DNA of 59,393 nt, the filler included, from Sphacelaria rigidula (Eukaryota), in the NCBI GenBank assembly GCA_964200075.2. It is 9 parts of 9 records of this genome, joined end to end, with 100 filler letters (N's around TTAATTAATTAA, not from the genome) between each part and the next. Parts side by side here need not be neighbours in the genome. Positions count along the whole stretch, not along the records: positions 19,834 to 26,343 come from CAXNAA020019635.1; positions 26,444 to 32,953 come from CAXNAA020019636.1; positions 33,054 to 39,563 come from CAXNAA020019637.1; 6 more parts are not named here. One strand, 5' to 3'. The notes beneath the pieces are model-generated. The model saw only the letters and a list, made by a program, of their open reading frames with translations. It was not told the origin of the DNA and did no database searches. Position numbers and translations under genes: made by a program. Shown here one piece after another: positions 22,411 to 35,266 of the stretch (positions within the stretch are counted from its first letter, which is position 1; each line of letters opens with the position of its first letter).

Positions 22411-22874
22411 AGACCACTTTGTGTGGAAACCAATCCGTACTTGTACAGATATGAGGATTTCAGCCCGTTCAAATCCGATTTTCTCCCGTGAATGGATTTT
22501 TCGGACCCCAGTCCGTTGGGCAATGTTTTCCGCCTAGCTCTGAGGAAATCAGATCAATTCTCCGATTATCTGGACGCTGACTTTTGGTTCATCACTTTTA
22601 TGCTCAGATCGGGAGACTCCCGCATCTCCCCCAAATCTGGGGCCTAAATCGGGGGAGATGCGGGAGTCTCCCGATCTGAGCATAAAAGTGACGAACCAAA
22701 AGTCAGCGCACAGAGAATCGGAGAATTGATCTGCTTTCCTCAGGGCTAGCCGAAAAACATTGTCAAACGGACTGGGGGTTCAAAAAAAACAATCCACGGG
22801 AGAAAATCGGATTTAAACGGGCTGAAATCCTCATATCTGTACAAATACGGATTGGCTTCCATACAAAGTGGTCT
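22411..22874. mobile_element. 464-bp near-perfect palindrome (foldback MITE)
   Basis: Arms 22411-22632 and 22651-22874 (AGACCACTTTGT...ACAAAGTGGTCT; GCTCAGATCGGGAGACTCCCGCATCTCCCCC / GGGGGAGATGCGGGAGTCTCCCGATCTGAGC) with an 18-nt loop. Confidence 0.92.
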
Positions 22875-23977
22875 TGCACATCTCACAGTCCCGAGCGCTC
22901 GCCCCACGATTGCGCAGCGTGCGCAGTACGCGATTGGGCTCAAATCGTGGTCTCGAGCCGAATAAAAAAAACACGCCTCGCGCAGGGAACTCCATGAACC
23001 CGCCTTCTTGCTCAAGGGTTCTAGATCCAAATCTTTGGTTTGGGTGTGGATTGTCCTAGAGGTTTGTGTTGCGGTTTCAACAAAATATAAATATATGTCA
23101 ACCATCGCATATTTTCGCCGAATTAATGTACATTCGCCTCCTTGTCAGCGACAGTGAAACCCCCGCCCCCTCCTGGTAAACACTCTTGTTGTCTATCACT
23201 CCGAAATGAAACAACAGATGACGCCTGAGCAATCGGTTCATACCGACGACAAATACGTGAAAGGTGTTCACACTTCGTTTTTTCAAGGATCGGAATAATC
23301 AATGATTCGTCCGGAAATTCCTCGATTTTAGTGTGATTGATTCGTACCGTACGAATCAATCCGTAGGCTTTGTTTTCGGCCTTGCAAGCCAGGTACGCGC
23401 AGCCCAGGCACGTGGAATGCGGCAAAAGTTACGTGGAGATATGTTTGACCAGCGGTCGACTTTTTTTCTCTCTTTCGATCAATCAGGCCTCAGGAATCGT
23501 GGATTTGGTGATTCGAACCGGCGATGATTCGTCCGAACTGTGCACTGTTGTTTTGTCGGTTGCACCCACACCATTCCCCCCGCTCCCCCGCTCTCTCCTG
23601 TGCTTGAGTAAAAATATATACAAACATCTTCAACATTAGCAATCAAGTTTTGTGCTAAATGCACGGTGTGCTCACACAAGAAAGGTGGATAATGTGCTGA
23701 AAAAGTTGGATCATAAATCTTCCCTCTCTCGTGAAATAGAGATCATTTATTTTCGCACCACCAGTCAGATCATGGCATGTTCATTTACTTTTTTTTTTTC
23801 AATACAAGAAAAAAATAAAGACGAGATCGTTTTTTTTCGCACCACCAATCAGGTAATGGCCTGTCTATTTACTTTTTATTTTCAATGCAAACAAAAAAGA
23901 AAAACGTGCACAATTTCTCTTATCCAAGGAAGTCATCGTAGACGCTTTTGGGATAATAATAAAAGAAAAAAACTGAC

Positions 23978-24106
23978 CGACGGGTCATGGTTGGCGGCAT
24001 TGATGACGGGTAGCATCGCCCTTTGGGACAGCGTCTGGCCCCCGCGACCCTCCTCGCTGTAGTCAAACGCTCGGCTCCATACCGACGTTAGCGCCCACTG
24101 GTAGTC
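23978..24106 (-). CDS. Internal exon of a SET-domain protein lysine methyltransferase (Rubisco LSMT/SETD3-like)
   Basis: DYQWALTSVWSRAFD...RAMLPVINAANHDPS matches the WA..V.SRAF / L.P...NH signature; TTATCAG acceptor, GTCAGT donor, 129 bp in phase 0. Confidence 0.8.
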
Positions 24107-25129
24107 CTGATAACGCGCATACAGTACAGAAGGATCCGTCAGAGTGACATCTTCAAGGTTGAGCTCTGAAGGGGTAAGGGTATGTCCCGTAGCCACAAGA
24201 CCTATACATGGGGATGGTTTTGTAGCGAATTAAATTATTTGCGCGAAGCGCGATTATGGCCAAGCGTCCAAGATCGGCACCCGGCAAACACTGAGGACCC
24301 GTTAAAAATCCGGCGAAGAACTCAGACATGGGATATGTCCTGTATTCACTGTACCGCAGCACAAACACACTCACGTCCGCTCTCATGTGCTGTAGCCATC
24401 ACTGCTCTATGATCTGTTCGGACCTTGCGAAGAAGACGGTTTGATCTCCGCTGAGATTGCTCGAGCTACTGTTTCGTTCTGTTCGTCTCTGTGTAAAATA
24501 TATTATCAACCGGGACGCAGTGCTGTCTACACACTTGACTGTTGAAAACTTAAACTTCATGTTACCCCGATCCAAATTTGCGCGATACCGAACATGGCTG
24601 GATGGCTGGGTAGAGACACAATCAGCGCCGGTATACACCGCTCGACCGGCTGTGTCAGACCCCGTGCTCCGATAAGAGGAGCAACCCATAGCATAGTGCG
24701 GATATACTGCACCGCCAGGGTACTGCTTGCACCCGCCATCATGGCGGCCGCTGCCGCTGGCATCGGCGCCAGCGCTCGCGGCCACGGAAAGACACAAGCA
24801 GCTATACTAAGATGGGGATATACCGATACGCGAGCATCGCAATGGCCCCCTGCGGCGCCAATGTACCACTCGCTGTCTGCTTGTCTGCTTGCAGCTTCAT
24901 TTCTCTGCTGCTGTTGTATCCGTCTGGGCGCTACTGTTCACTCCTGTAGTGTATGTAGTACGTACACTACAGGTGTGACTGCGAGCCAATCACAAGCATT
25001 TTCACTATGAACTTCACAAGAAAGGTCACACTTCATTGGCGCTAGATTTCGCCGATTGGTGAAGGGCCTCTGACTGGTTGATTTTCACATTTCGATACTA
25101 AAATATATTCCCATGTATGGGCGTTGTGC

Positions 25130-25445
25130 CGTTTCGTAGGGTACGAGGAGATTTCTCACGTAATCTATAGAACTGTCGGGAACCGATGTGGAAGTCTTAC
25201 ACAACCCACAGGACCTGTCGGGTACGGTATGAGAGTCGTACAGGAACCCTTACCAGCAACCGGGATATTCTACAAGGGTATACCACCCGTACCGCGGGCA
25301 AGGGTAAAGGCACACATTTCGTACAGCTCTTACAGAACTATCTGGTAACGGCATGAGAGGCTTACAGAACGCACACACCTATTGAGTGCGGGATGAATAC
25401 CCCGGGCATACAAAAAAACCCATACCCCACAAGGCACAACCTTGG
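25130..25445. repeat. Dispersed DNA-transposon-like repeat fragment
   Basis: Repeated TACAGAAC/GGGTACGGTATG motifs; ends GCACAACCTTG, inverted relative to CAAGGTTGAGC at ~24153. Confidence 0.5.
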
Positions 25446-26024
25446 AACTTCCGGTTACAAAGAGTCCTTTCTTCCAAGTGCCCGATTACAAAAAGACGGA
25501 CCTTACAAAGCACAACCTCGGGAATTTTGGTTGAAAGCGGTCTTTTTTTTCACGTGTTTTGGTAACCATCGCTCATCGCGGAGAAGGATGTATCCGAAAA
25601 ATGGAGATCCAGAGATACTACCATCCGCCCCAAATTCCGCCTATTTCTACGACTAATAATGACCGACTTGACGGCCCATGGGCCACCGGGGGTCTTGCCA
25701 CTACGAGCTCGGCCGGCCAAGAGCTGGAGGATTTGCCAACACCTCCGCGCACGACTCAAGTGTTCGAGTTGGAACGTGAAATTTGGGCACGTGGTTTGCA
25801 AGGTACTCCCCGACATATGACGATCCTATCCCTGTTTTTCGTTCACTTTTCGCCGCCGAGATACGACCATCCCAGCCTTCATGAGTTGGTGAGTACAGGA
25901 TCCTGTCAAGAGATGAGGCGTCAGATAGGCGGCACAGACCTCGAGCAAAGTACAAAATAAGTCATTTGTGCCCATGTGAACTATGGTTGAATTGCCACGA
26001 CCAAAATGAGAAATGCCGGTAGAC

Positions 26025-26255
26025 AGCGAAGTAGTCCACCTGTAGTCCACCTGTAGGGGAAATACGTGCTCATTTTCACGGCCGTGATTGGTCAGAGTGT
26101 GTACTGGTCAGAACGGTCATTCCGCGCCTCTCAATGTCATTCCGCGCCTCTTTGGCCTCGTTCCTGCCTTAGAATATTCTGCGGGAATTTTTGAAACACA
26201 CATGGTTGACTTTGTTAGCTTTTCGGCTGCTCTGCGTCTGCGGGAGACCCCCCCC
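26025..26255 (+). repeat. Dispersed repeat shared with 39230-39425
   Basis: TCATTTT.ACG.CCGT.ATTGGTCAGA...GGCCTCGT...GCGGGAA...AAACACACATGGTTG present in both, in opposite orientation. Confidence 0.7.
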
Positions 26256-26268
26256 CCCCCCCCCAACA

Positions 26269-26310
<42 letters not shown>

Positions 26311-26312
26311 AA

Positions 26313-26343
<31 letters not shown>

Positions 26344-26443
26344 NNNNNNNNNNNNNNNNNNNNNNNNNNNNNNNNNNNNNNNNNNNNTTAATTAATTAAN
26401 NNNNNNNNNNNNNNNNNNNNNNNNNNNNNNNNNNNNNNNNNNN
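26344..26443. other. Artificial contig spacer
   Basis: Same 100-bp linker. Confidence 0.98.
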
Positions 26444-26939
26444 CAACTTATTATACTGAAACCAAGTAATTTCCTGACGAATCATTATTTGTCCTAACCG
26501 TGAAATCAAGTGATGGGAGGCTCCAATTATGGAGGTCATGAGTTCGAATCCCGACAGATTCTCTTTTTTTCCTGTCCGTCGTTAAGGTCATACACCATGC
26601 AGTACATTTTTTTCATATATTTTTTTCATTCAGCGGTGGTGCCGTGTGTCACCAGGTTGGTCTACATTTCTCAGTGATATGCTTACATCGGGTCCATTCG
26701 GGAAACTGGGAAGCTGTGGTGTGAGCAAGTTTTAGCCGCTTTTAAGCTGGCCCAGCTCGTACCAAGCGATGCGTTTTTTTCTCTCCTTTCGTCTTTGGGG
26801 TGGAAACAAATGGATCTGAAAGCGATTTCGTTCAAGCTACCAGTGCTTTTGTTTTTTTTCCCGTTATTGATGCCGAATAGCTTGAGTCCCAGGTCACAAA
26901 GCATAAAAGACGCGAGCGCACGGTTGTTTATAACTACAC

Positions 26940-27168
26940 CTACTGGCAGCTATTGACAAGTGCTACACGCCCTACAAATTTGGAGTTGTAGTACAACCGA
27001 AATGTTGGGGTTCTACGTGAAAGAACAATTCCGGGGGATTTTGGCGATCCGCTCGGTGAAGGAATGGAAACATAATTCGAAGATTTGGTGTGGATACGAT
27101 CATTTCAATCCTCCGGGTTCTCATCCTCAATGAAAAACTCCATCCTCAACTTCGATTATCGGCTGCTA
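26940..27168. repeat. Internally deleted copy of the 6097-6472 palindromic family
   Basis: GCTATTGACAAGTGCTACACGCC, TTCGAAGATTTGGTGTGGATACGA and ATCCTCCGGGTTCTCATCCTCAAT blocks. Confidence 0.75.
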
Positions 27169-30100
27169 TATGAGCAATGCCATGGTAGGGGTGCATTTTT
27201 TTTCTGAGGGTCCTTGCTGTAGGAGTCTCTCTGTGACAAATATCTGGGCCTTAGTGTGCAGCCTCAAAACACCTTTGAACTCAAGAGTGCACCCCTACGG
27301 TGGCATTACTCGTATCGCATCACTCGAAATGCGCAGAATCATGGTTCCAGCTGACTACGACGCAAGTCATAACCCAATCTGAGCGAATTCCTCGCTTGAA
27401 GAGCTGCCACTGAATGAAGAGTCTCGTGGCAGAGCTGTTCCGAGTTGTCCCGGACGTCCATACATTAACCTCGACAAACGACAAGTCCCTTTCTTTGTTC
27501 ACGTGGAAGTGTTCCTCTCCGTTTTCACAGCAAGGTACAGCGCTGGGCAGGGCGACACCACTGCGATATTTTGTCAGCATACCCATGCATTTATTCGCGG
27601 ATTCACGCGATGCTGGGCCAACTGTTTTGGCGTACCTTAGTCCTTTCAAATGATCGGAACCCGTTAAGAAGTGCCATCAATAAATCCCACAACCAAGTGT
27701 TCAATCCGGCGGCAAGGGGTGCCAGTGAGGACAGGACCTACAGAAGAGCCGTTAATAGCGGGAGCATGGGATCCAGCTGGGACCGTCACTTCGACCTCGC
27801 GTCGGGCTTGTTCGCAACATGATGGACAATCCGCTCACCCGTTCGTTACTTCTCCATCAAGCAGTAATTCTGGCTTGAACTCGAAGGTGGTTGACATGTT
27901 TGAAACGAGGGTCGTCGGTTGTTTTTGATAACGTTGTCGTCATAACGGCATTCTTGCCCTTCAGATTATTCTTGACGTGTGACTGTTGTACTTCATCTAC
28001 CTCTGCCGGATGTTTCGATTGTTGCTACTATTATTGCAGAGGCAGCAGAGACAGCGATGCCGGAGATGCTGCCCCCGCCAGATCGGGAAAAGGTACGTGA
28101 GTAATGCTGACTCTGGAGAATGACGTGAATATGTATGTAAAATACGGGGTACCACCACGGTGAGGTCACATCCACTAGTCACAAGTCCGGTCCGCTATAC
28201 TGACATCAAGTGATGCCACTGCCGATATAGTGCAGGGTCCTGGTCTGGTGCGGTCATCGCGGGCCAGCGACCCACAGCGCTGTGCTGTGACTGACCCTCA
28301 CCGTACAAGAGTATGGCCAACGTGTGGCGGTACAAGCGGCGTATTCATGTGTAGCAAATGTATCGGGAAGCATGAGCTCGTCCCTAGAAATGGGAGGGGC
28401 TGAAAGCTCGACGAAATATTGCACGTGACGAAAAATTCAAGATTTTATGGCAGACCAAAAACGTCAGCTCGCATACTCCAAGTTCCTTCATTATTTGATA
28501 TGCTTCGAAAAGGTTAACACGTCAGTAGATTCCCTTCAAAATCGCCTGGTTGTAATGCCGATGATCTAGATAGCAAAAGCGGCCGTGTGCACGTGCACGC
28601 TCGCATTTGATATGTTCGTGGATATTACACCATGCATGAAACGCTGGATCATATGGTTGGCATTACATCCAGCTATTCTTTTCAAAAATATGGAGGCAGT
28701 GTTTTTGAGGGTCAGGTGTCAAGATAATCCGCACGTCGCTTCTGATGACACCGACCTTTGAAGGATGTGTAGATGGGTACTACAGCAAGGTGTCAGGAGT
28801 CGTAGCCGAGGCCGTGGTCGTGCAAGGCGCTGAAGGCCCGGTCTGCATTGAAACGGTGGATACCAGCAGTGACGGGGATTTTTTTCCCAACACTTCCTGT
28901 CTGATGACGATTATATTGGGATACGGTATTGGTCGTGCTCGGAGGCCGCAACAGATCCTGTCGGCCTCATCATCAAACTTCGCGCAGTTATGGATTAGCG
29001 CTCGCAAAAACTCAGCGAAGAAGCATCCTTTAGGCTCCGTTATATATCTGAGAGTTGGACGCTGAACGTTCCCGCTTCAAGTCGCTCGATAGGTTGAGGC
29101 TGAGCTCCTCACGCGCGACCACTGCCACGGACCCTTGCCGGCGTACCCGGCAACGGGGCTATGTCCCCATATAGACAGAACCAATGCTAGCGGATCCCGC
29201 GTGCTGACAGCCTGCCAGTCAGCAATGTGGTTGTAGTGCTGTTCTTCTAGCGATAGCAACTTACAGTGCACTGGCGAGGAATTTGCCCGCGGATATTTCG
29301 TCGATGGCTCCACTTACGCTTCGTCGATATGGGAACTTTGTCACGATCTCACCGCGTAAACGTCTGTGTGTGAAAGTGTACCACGCCCTGGGGAAAATGT
29401 TTCCACAGCCAGTAAACAATATCAATGTGACCGATATCCACGTCTCCGAGTAAAATGCCTTCATACTATCGAAAAGGGATAATACTGCATACTATCACGT
29501 TGAGTTCTGCCGCGGGTTTCTAGTGTCCGACCAGATCATCATTGGCTACTGACGTGATTTGACTATTGGTTGGGTAAACTCTTTTCTTCATCGGCTGGTG
29601 ATGATGTCCACTATTCTTTCCAGAGCCCTGCCTATTCTGACGACTTACTCATCTTGCTTGGACTGCTTGTTGGAGTGAGGCCATGAAACGCTCTGACTTG
29701 ATCGGTTGATCGCCTGCTGACTTGGATTGCCTGCTGATTTCCAGGGGTTGGAAATAGTGAGGGTTATGGAGGCAGAGTCGAAGGCAAGCGGCAAGGAGGA
29801 CTTGGGTGCCTACTCCACCGCGCTCATCCCAAGCTTTCCGGAGCCTCCCTACTACTTCAAGGTGTGAAAAACGTAAATGATCAATCGTCTCCGGTCTTTT
29901 CTTTTGTGTTAATTCCTCGCCATCCGTATACATCCCGTTTTTCTTGATGATCTCAGTGACTCGGCAATACAACCATACGACAGAGTTTGTGTTAGATGGC
30001 ACGAAACAGCGGCGTTCATGGTTGGCGGTCAGTAGTTAGTGGTGTCACACGATCACTCGAATGGAGGATTGCTGGCTTCATCGACGACCCACATCGACTT

Positions 30101-31519
30101 CTTGGTGCAACAAGTGGCTCGAAACAAGTCCCCTCCCTCCAGATCTGATGATCACCTTGGAGACTTTCAAGGTTGTGTTCTACAGGATACGATTTTTCGT
30201 ACATCGTATGTATTTCGGAATGTGTACGCTTCGTCAGCACGGAATTTGCTGCGCAGGGAGTGGTGATCCGCACCGAGTACTGAGTATACTGAGTGTGCTG
30301 TTGTTGGCAGACATTGTACGGCGTGCGATGAGTTGGAAAGTGTATTGGCACCTTAATCTGAGGTATGGGAGCTTCTGAGACTCTTGCATGTGTTGGGATG
30401 CAAGTTTGAAGCATACCTGGAAGTCGATTTTTCAAGTAGTCGGAGTGAAGTTTGTTTACCTTCTTCGTAAATAGTACTACCCTCCTACCCTACTTACCTA
30501 CTAACCTACGGTCGCATAGCTACACGAGAGATGATTGCCGCACATGCCTGTCCAGGACTTGATCACTTTTGACTTTTGACAATCCTGACCCTGACACCAT
30601 GATAAACCTGTACAAGCTTGATGCTTTGATGGTCATTGTCAGCCGAGCGAGAGAGAGTCCATTTGCGCACGCCTCCTGACGTGCGAAAAGTTAGCGTTTG
30701 TCCGTCGTAGTGTCAATTATGTAATGCAACATTTGTACATATTGCTGCCGCATCCTTGTTAACTGTTCAACTTTGTGAGTGAGGGAGTGCGGTTGACCCT
30801 GTACCACACCTTTACTTTTGGCGGACATATTTGTATGAACTTGTTCATCTCCACTTGCGCTTCTGCGATGTCAGTATTATTTCAACACACCATTACGGGG
30901 GAACATTGTTGGTACAAGTGGATACATGAACCACGTAACTCGAGCGTTTATGGGTCATGGGTCGATTTCAACGAACAATAGATAGCTCGGGTGAGTGGCA
31001 AGGTTCACGCGATCAAGAGTCAGCAACAACAAAAAAAAACACACACACAAGAAGGTGAGTTTCATTTCGTGTATTTTTCCTGTCGGTGTCTCTCCAATCC
31101 TGTCTCTGGATTGAGCTTTGAAACGCCAATATCTCCGGCGTGCTGACGTTAAAGTCAACAAACGACAACATGGATGAACCGCAAGGTCCCCGCAATCACC
31201 GGTCGGTAGAGGAAAAACGAGAGCAACTGCAAGCATGACGGAAGGGACATTTGCACACCACAGACATGACCAGACGACTCTCTTTTACACCTTCTTTTGC
31301 GTTCTCATCAACTTTCTCAGATGAAGGCAGAATCAGGGCACCCTTCATACATGAGACGCAAGAGTTTTCCTTGAAACTATTGGTTCCACCCACGGACATG
31401 AACCAAAAACACAAATGACGCTTGCCCTTCCGCGTATTGTCACCCCCCCTGTCAAGAAATCCGGGCACTAGTCATCCAACGCGATGTGAGCCGTTACCCC
31501 GTCGTCCTCCAGTACGACT

Positions 31520-32400
31520 TGGTCGTTGACAGGGTCCTTGTCATATATCCAATCGAGTTGAGAGAACGAACGCTTCCTGTAAGCACAGTGTCATTTTCGA
31601 TCCACTTGTCCATCTCCTTGATGGCATGATTAACCGGGTTGCCACAATTGGCTGCTTTCAAACTGCTCTCCTGCCTTTTCCATTCGGGATCCCTGTACCA
31701 CGTACCACCCGCTTTCGAATCCGCTCCCATATCCCGTCTTTGACCCTCTCGTGTCAAACCGGAGGCTCACGTACTGCTTGCCGTACTACCAGAATAACTC
31801 GATGGGTGGAAAGGTGGGCATGTACGGAGGAGTCCAGATCAACTCCCACTCTTGCGTCTTCATGTACCGCAACACTTTTTCCAAGGCTTTTTCCAGGAGT
31901 ATTTTGGCGTTAGTGAACCTGAAAGTACGCCCGTGTAGCCAACACAACTTTCTCCATGCTGTACTCATACCGTTGCGGCATTTCGAGTAGGCCTGCGGGA
32001 AAAAAAAACATGGCCGAGCTCTGGCACCTTGATGTTGCGTATTGTGGTCACTATAAGGCTGCTTCTGTTCTTGGCGTGCTCCACCTTCATCGATAGGACT
32101 CCGTACCTCTGCTACAGCTCCACAGTGGTACTTGTTGATATTGAACTCGGGTACCCTCTTCTCCTCGTGAAGCCCGTGGTAGTACGACACGTTATCGAGC
32201 ACCGGGATCATCTTCTCGTCGTCGCCGAATACTTCCTTCAAAGCCGGCGTAAGGCGCTCCTCAAGTCAATCCATAAACAAGTTTCCCGTCATGGCGTCGT
32301 GGAAATTTCCCTTGCTATTTTTCGCTCGCCATGGGCGCTCTACCGTTGGCAGATTCCCCATCTCTCCAGCCGCTACCCTCCCCCTGCCATTCGCTTTTTC
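31520..32400 (-). pseudogene. IS630/Tc1-superfamily (Sailor-like) DDE transposase, C-terminal half, degenerate
   Basis: KGNFHDAMTGNLFMD*LEERLTP...MIPVLDNVSYYHG...WELIWTPPYMPTFPPIELFW*YGKQYV; long D-to-E spacer; in-frame stops and frameshifts. Confidence 0.85.
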
Positions 32401-32469
32401 TTATTATTGCTCGGATTTCAGATTTGGGAATAAAATAGTTCGAAAAGACACAGCTGCTCTCACCATCCG

Positions 32470-32953
32470 GTGATGGGCGAGGTGCCATGCGGGGTGCGGG
32501 GGATACGCGGACGGTGCTCGACGAGAAAAAGCGCGTCGAAATGAACGATCTCCTCTCCAGCATGCATGAGAAGGGGCAGCAAGTCTTCTGAGGCGCAGTT
32601 GGAGAGTAGATGGAGAAGTATGACGGACAAATGTCGAAGCGCGCGGCGGGGGCCCTGCTGTACAGGCTTGCGTACAGGCGCCGGCGGGGAAGGATCAACT
32701 TCCCTCCCGTGAATGAGGACAGGACAACACGTATTCGTCGCTTTCTTGTTGAGATGATGGCTGATGCGATCGTGCAGGAAAGTGACGATCGAGCAATCTT
32801 TCGTCATGTACGAAAGCTTTGTCCATCAGTTGCACGGCTCGGGGGTACTCGTACTTCTTCACAGACGAAGGCGACGTGCAGGATCGGATGCTGTCTATGA
32901 TGAGGATAGGGTCACAGGATAATCATGACTCATGCCATCACCAAGCACGGCTC
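32470..32953 (+). pseudogene. Same transposase family, N-terminal half, opposite orientation
   Basis: LLYRLAYRRRRG...RIRRFLVEM...FVMYESFVHQLHGS/YSYFFTDEG...GHRIIMTHAITKHG (first catalytic motif DES read as YES); cut by the contig end. Confidence 0.75.
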
Positions 32954-33053
32954 NNNNNNNNNNNNNNNNNNNNNNNNNNNNNNNNNNNNNNNNNNNNTTA
33001 ATTAATTAANNNNNNNNNNNNNNNNNNNNNNNNNNNNNNNNNNNNNNNNNNNN
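32954..33053. other. Artificial contig spacer
   Basis: Same 100-bp linker. Confidence 0.98.
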
Positions 33054-35266
33054 CAGAATATTGCACCATTGTACGAGATAAGCGTTGTGTCCATTAATGC
33101 AGGCACAACCCGCCGCAGAGAGCCTCGAAAAGCCTACTCTCAATCGCACCATCCACTCTCAATCTCACGAAACTACTGTTGTAAGTGCTACTGCCTGCTT
33201 TTGGTGTTGAAATTGCTCCGCTGACACCATCCATCAAGATGCAAATCACGTATGTGCGCGTGCCCCGGAAAAGGACAGCCGAAAAGTCGAAAGTGAAAAA
33301 TATTGTCAACGCCATATCATCCCTGTCAAGGATGACACGCAATGCAGAATCAATAATGTTTTCGTGAGATTGAAATTCTTACTGCGTTGAGTGATGGTCA
33401 GTTTTATTATTCGCTCAAACCCGACCAACTAGTAGTGCTGTTGGGTGTGCTTTTCTTTGCCTATAACACTGTTGTATGCTTGCAGCTACACGTCGATATC
33501 CTACTCAGGAACATCAAAGGATTCCGTAGCAAGCTACTATACAAAAAGCGTACAGGGCATTTCGGAACTGAAACTGTTATATTCATGAATTCGCCGCTTT
33601 TCATTATCTATCGTATCCTGGACTCTCAAATCTTACGAAAAAAATGTTAACCGTTACGTATGGTTTGAGGGTATGTGAAGCAGATTTAGCCATGTACTTG
33701 TGGATATTTAGAGGGAGAGACCCAGTCCGTTACTGAGAAGCCGGTAGATAAGATGATACTTGCGTTCTTTTCCAATACAAGCGATAAATTGAAACGGAAC
33801 ACAAAGTCATCGAAACATTAAAACATTGGAAACGTGAAAAGGTGATCCCGCGACAAACACTTGTGGGATTTTTCTCCTTTTATGTGTTGGTACCCGCATC
33901 ACCTAACCCGTCATGGATAAAGCCTCGTTATACGTTCTTTGGGCGAGAAGAAGTTTGCACGGGTGACTATTTTCGCCGGCTAGCGGTGAGTATGTACACA
34001 TTGCTTCACATACAAACCTTCTATGTGTATTGCCTTGCCAAGCCATCAATCTCCACAGAAATATTACCATCTCATTGGACCGAACTCTGCTTCGAAGGTC
34101 GTCCAGCAGATGTCTGTCTTGTCCCCCGCCATTTTCACGACTTTCTTATGCCCGCCAAATTTCGCTTTTTTTTTTTCTCGTCGCGTTGGAGGGAACTGGG
34201 ATGTGAACCCGGGATTTTCTGTTCAAGTAGCGTGTGAGTTATCTCACTTGTATCGCCAATGTGAAACGGTGTTCCCTCGACGGATGCTTGTGATATTTTT
34301 TCCCCCTCTCATGCAGTGTTACCCACAGAAACTGCCAGATTTATCTGGACTATCACTGTTCCTTTTAGTTGCTGTCGATGTGCAAAACGATCGTGCTGGC
34401 GACTGTTCTGTGCATTCTTCATGCGCAACATGATGCACATGCCAAGCACCTCGCAACCATGACCCCGGGTATCATCTGCTGTGCAAGCACCCCCATCGTC
34501 AGCGCTGAGGACGGTAGGGTAGTAGGTGGGTATTCGTCTGGTGACACTGTCTGAATACCCTGCGGACCTCAGTGGGAACCCGGCGAAAGCGCAAAAAGGC
34601 ACCCTGATATCGCTGTCCGTGAGAATTAAAAGGGAAACGGTCGAGTTTTTGTGAGCAGTGGAAGGGGGGGGGGGGATCCTGGGTGTAAGACGGATGGCTT
34701 CCGCCGAACTGTACGCCGCGACGTACTGAAAAACAGCTCAAATCACTTGGGAGCGCACATCGTTCGCTGAAAATAACCTACACACACACCCTTTCCAAAC
34801 ACTAGATTTGCGCTGTAGGGGCCGTGGTGCCTTTTTTCGACTGCGAAACTCTCGAGGTGGGGCGGAATCGATGCCGTTCGCTTCATTCCGTGCCATGGTC
34901 GGTGTAGCGCTTTAAAAAAAGGACAATAATCAAATGATATAAGCAACAGCACAATTTTTTTGTCCATACAGCAAAAAAACACTACCCAGTGGATACGAGA
35001 AGAAAGCAATAGAATGTTGGTCGGTTCTCATTCAGACGTTCGAAACCAATGACGGATTCAGAAAAGGGAAAATATATCAACAAAACTTGCAAATATGGCA
35101 CTGTGTGCGCTCCTTGACCAAGTAAGGTCTCGCCGGAACGAAACGGGGGAACAGACCGCGGTCAACAGCAAAAATCAAGAATCACGGAACACATACCAGG
35201 GAGGGTTGACGGAGGTTTGACCAGGATACTACAAGAACTCTCACCACTACGTGCACCATCATAATT

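Noticed and set aside
26248..26343. Poly(A) tail of a retrocopy
   Set aside because: Poly-C/poly-A run at a contig end with no TSD or parent sequence visible; may be a low-quality end
26520..26570. Pol III gene (GAGTTCGAATCCC B box)
   Set aside because: No clear A box or recognisable body; at most a decayed SINE head
27660..27700. Harbinger transposase motif (VVGFIDGT on the minus strand)
   Set aside because: Immediately followed by stops, and no downstream Harbinger motifs were found
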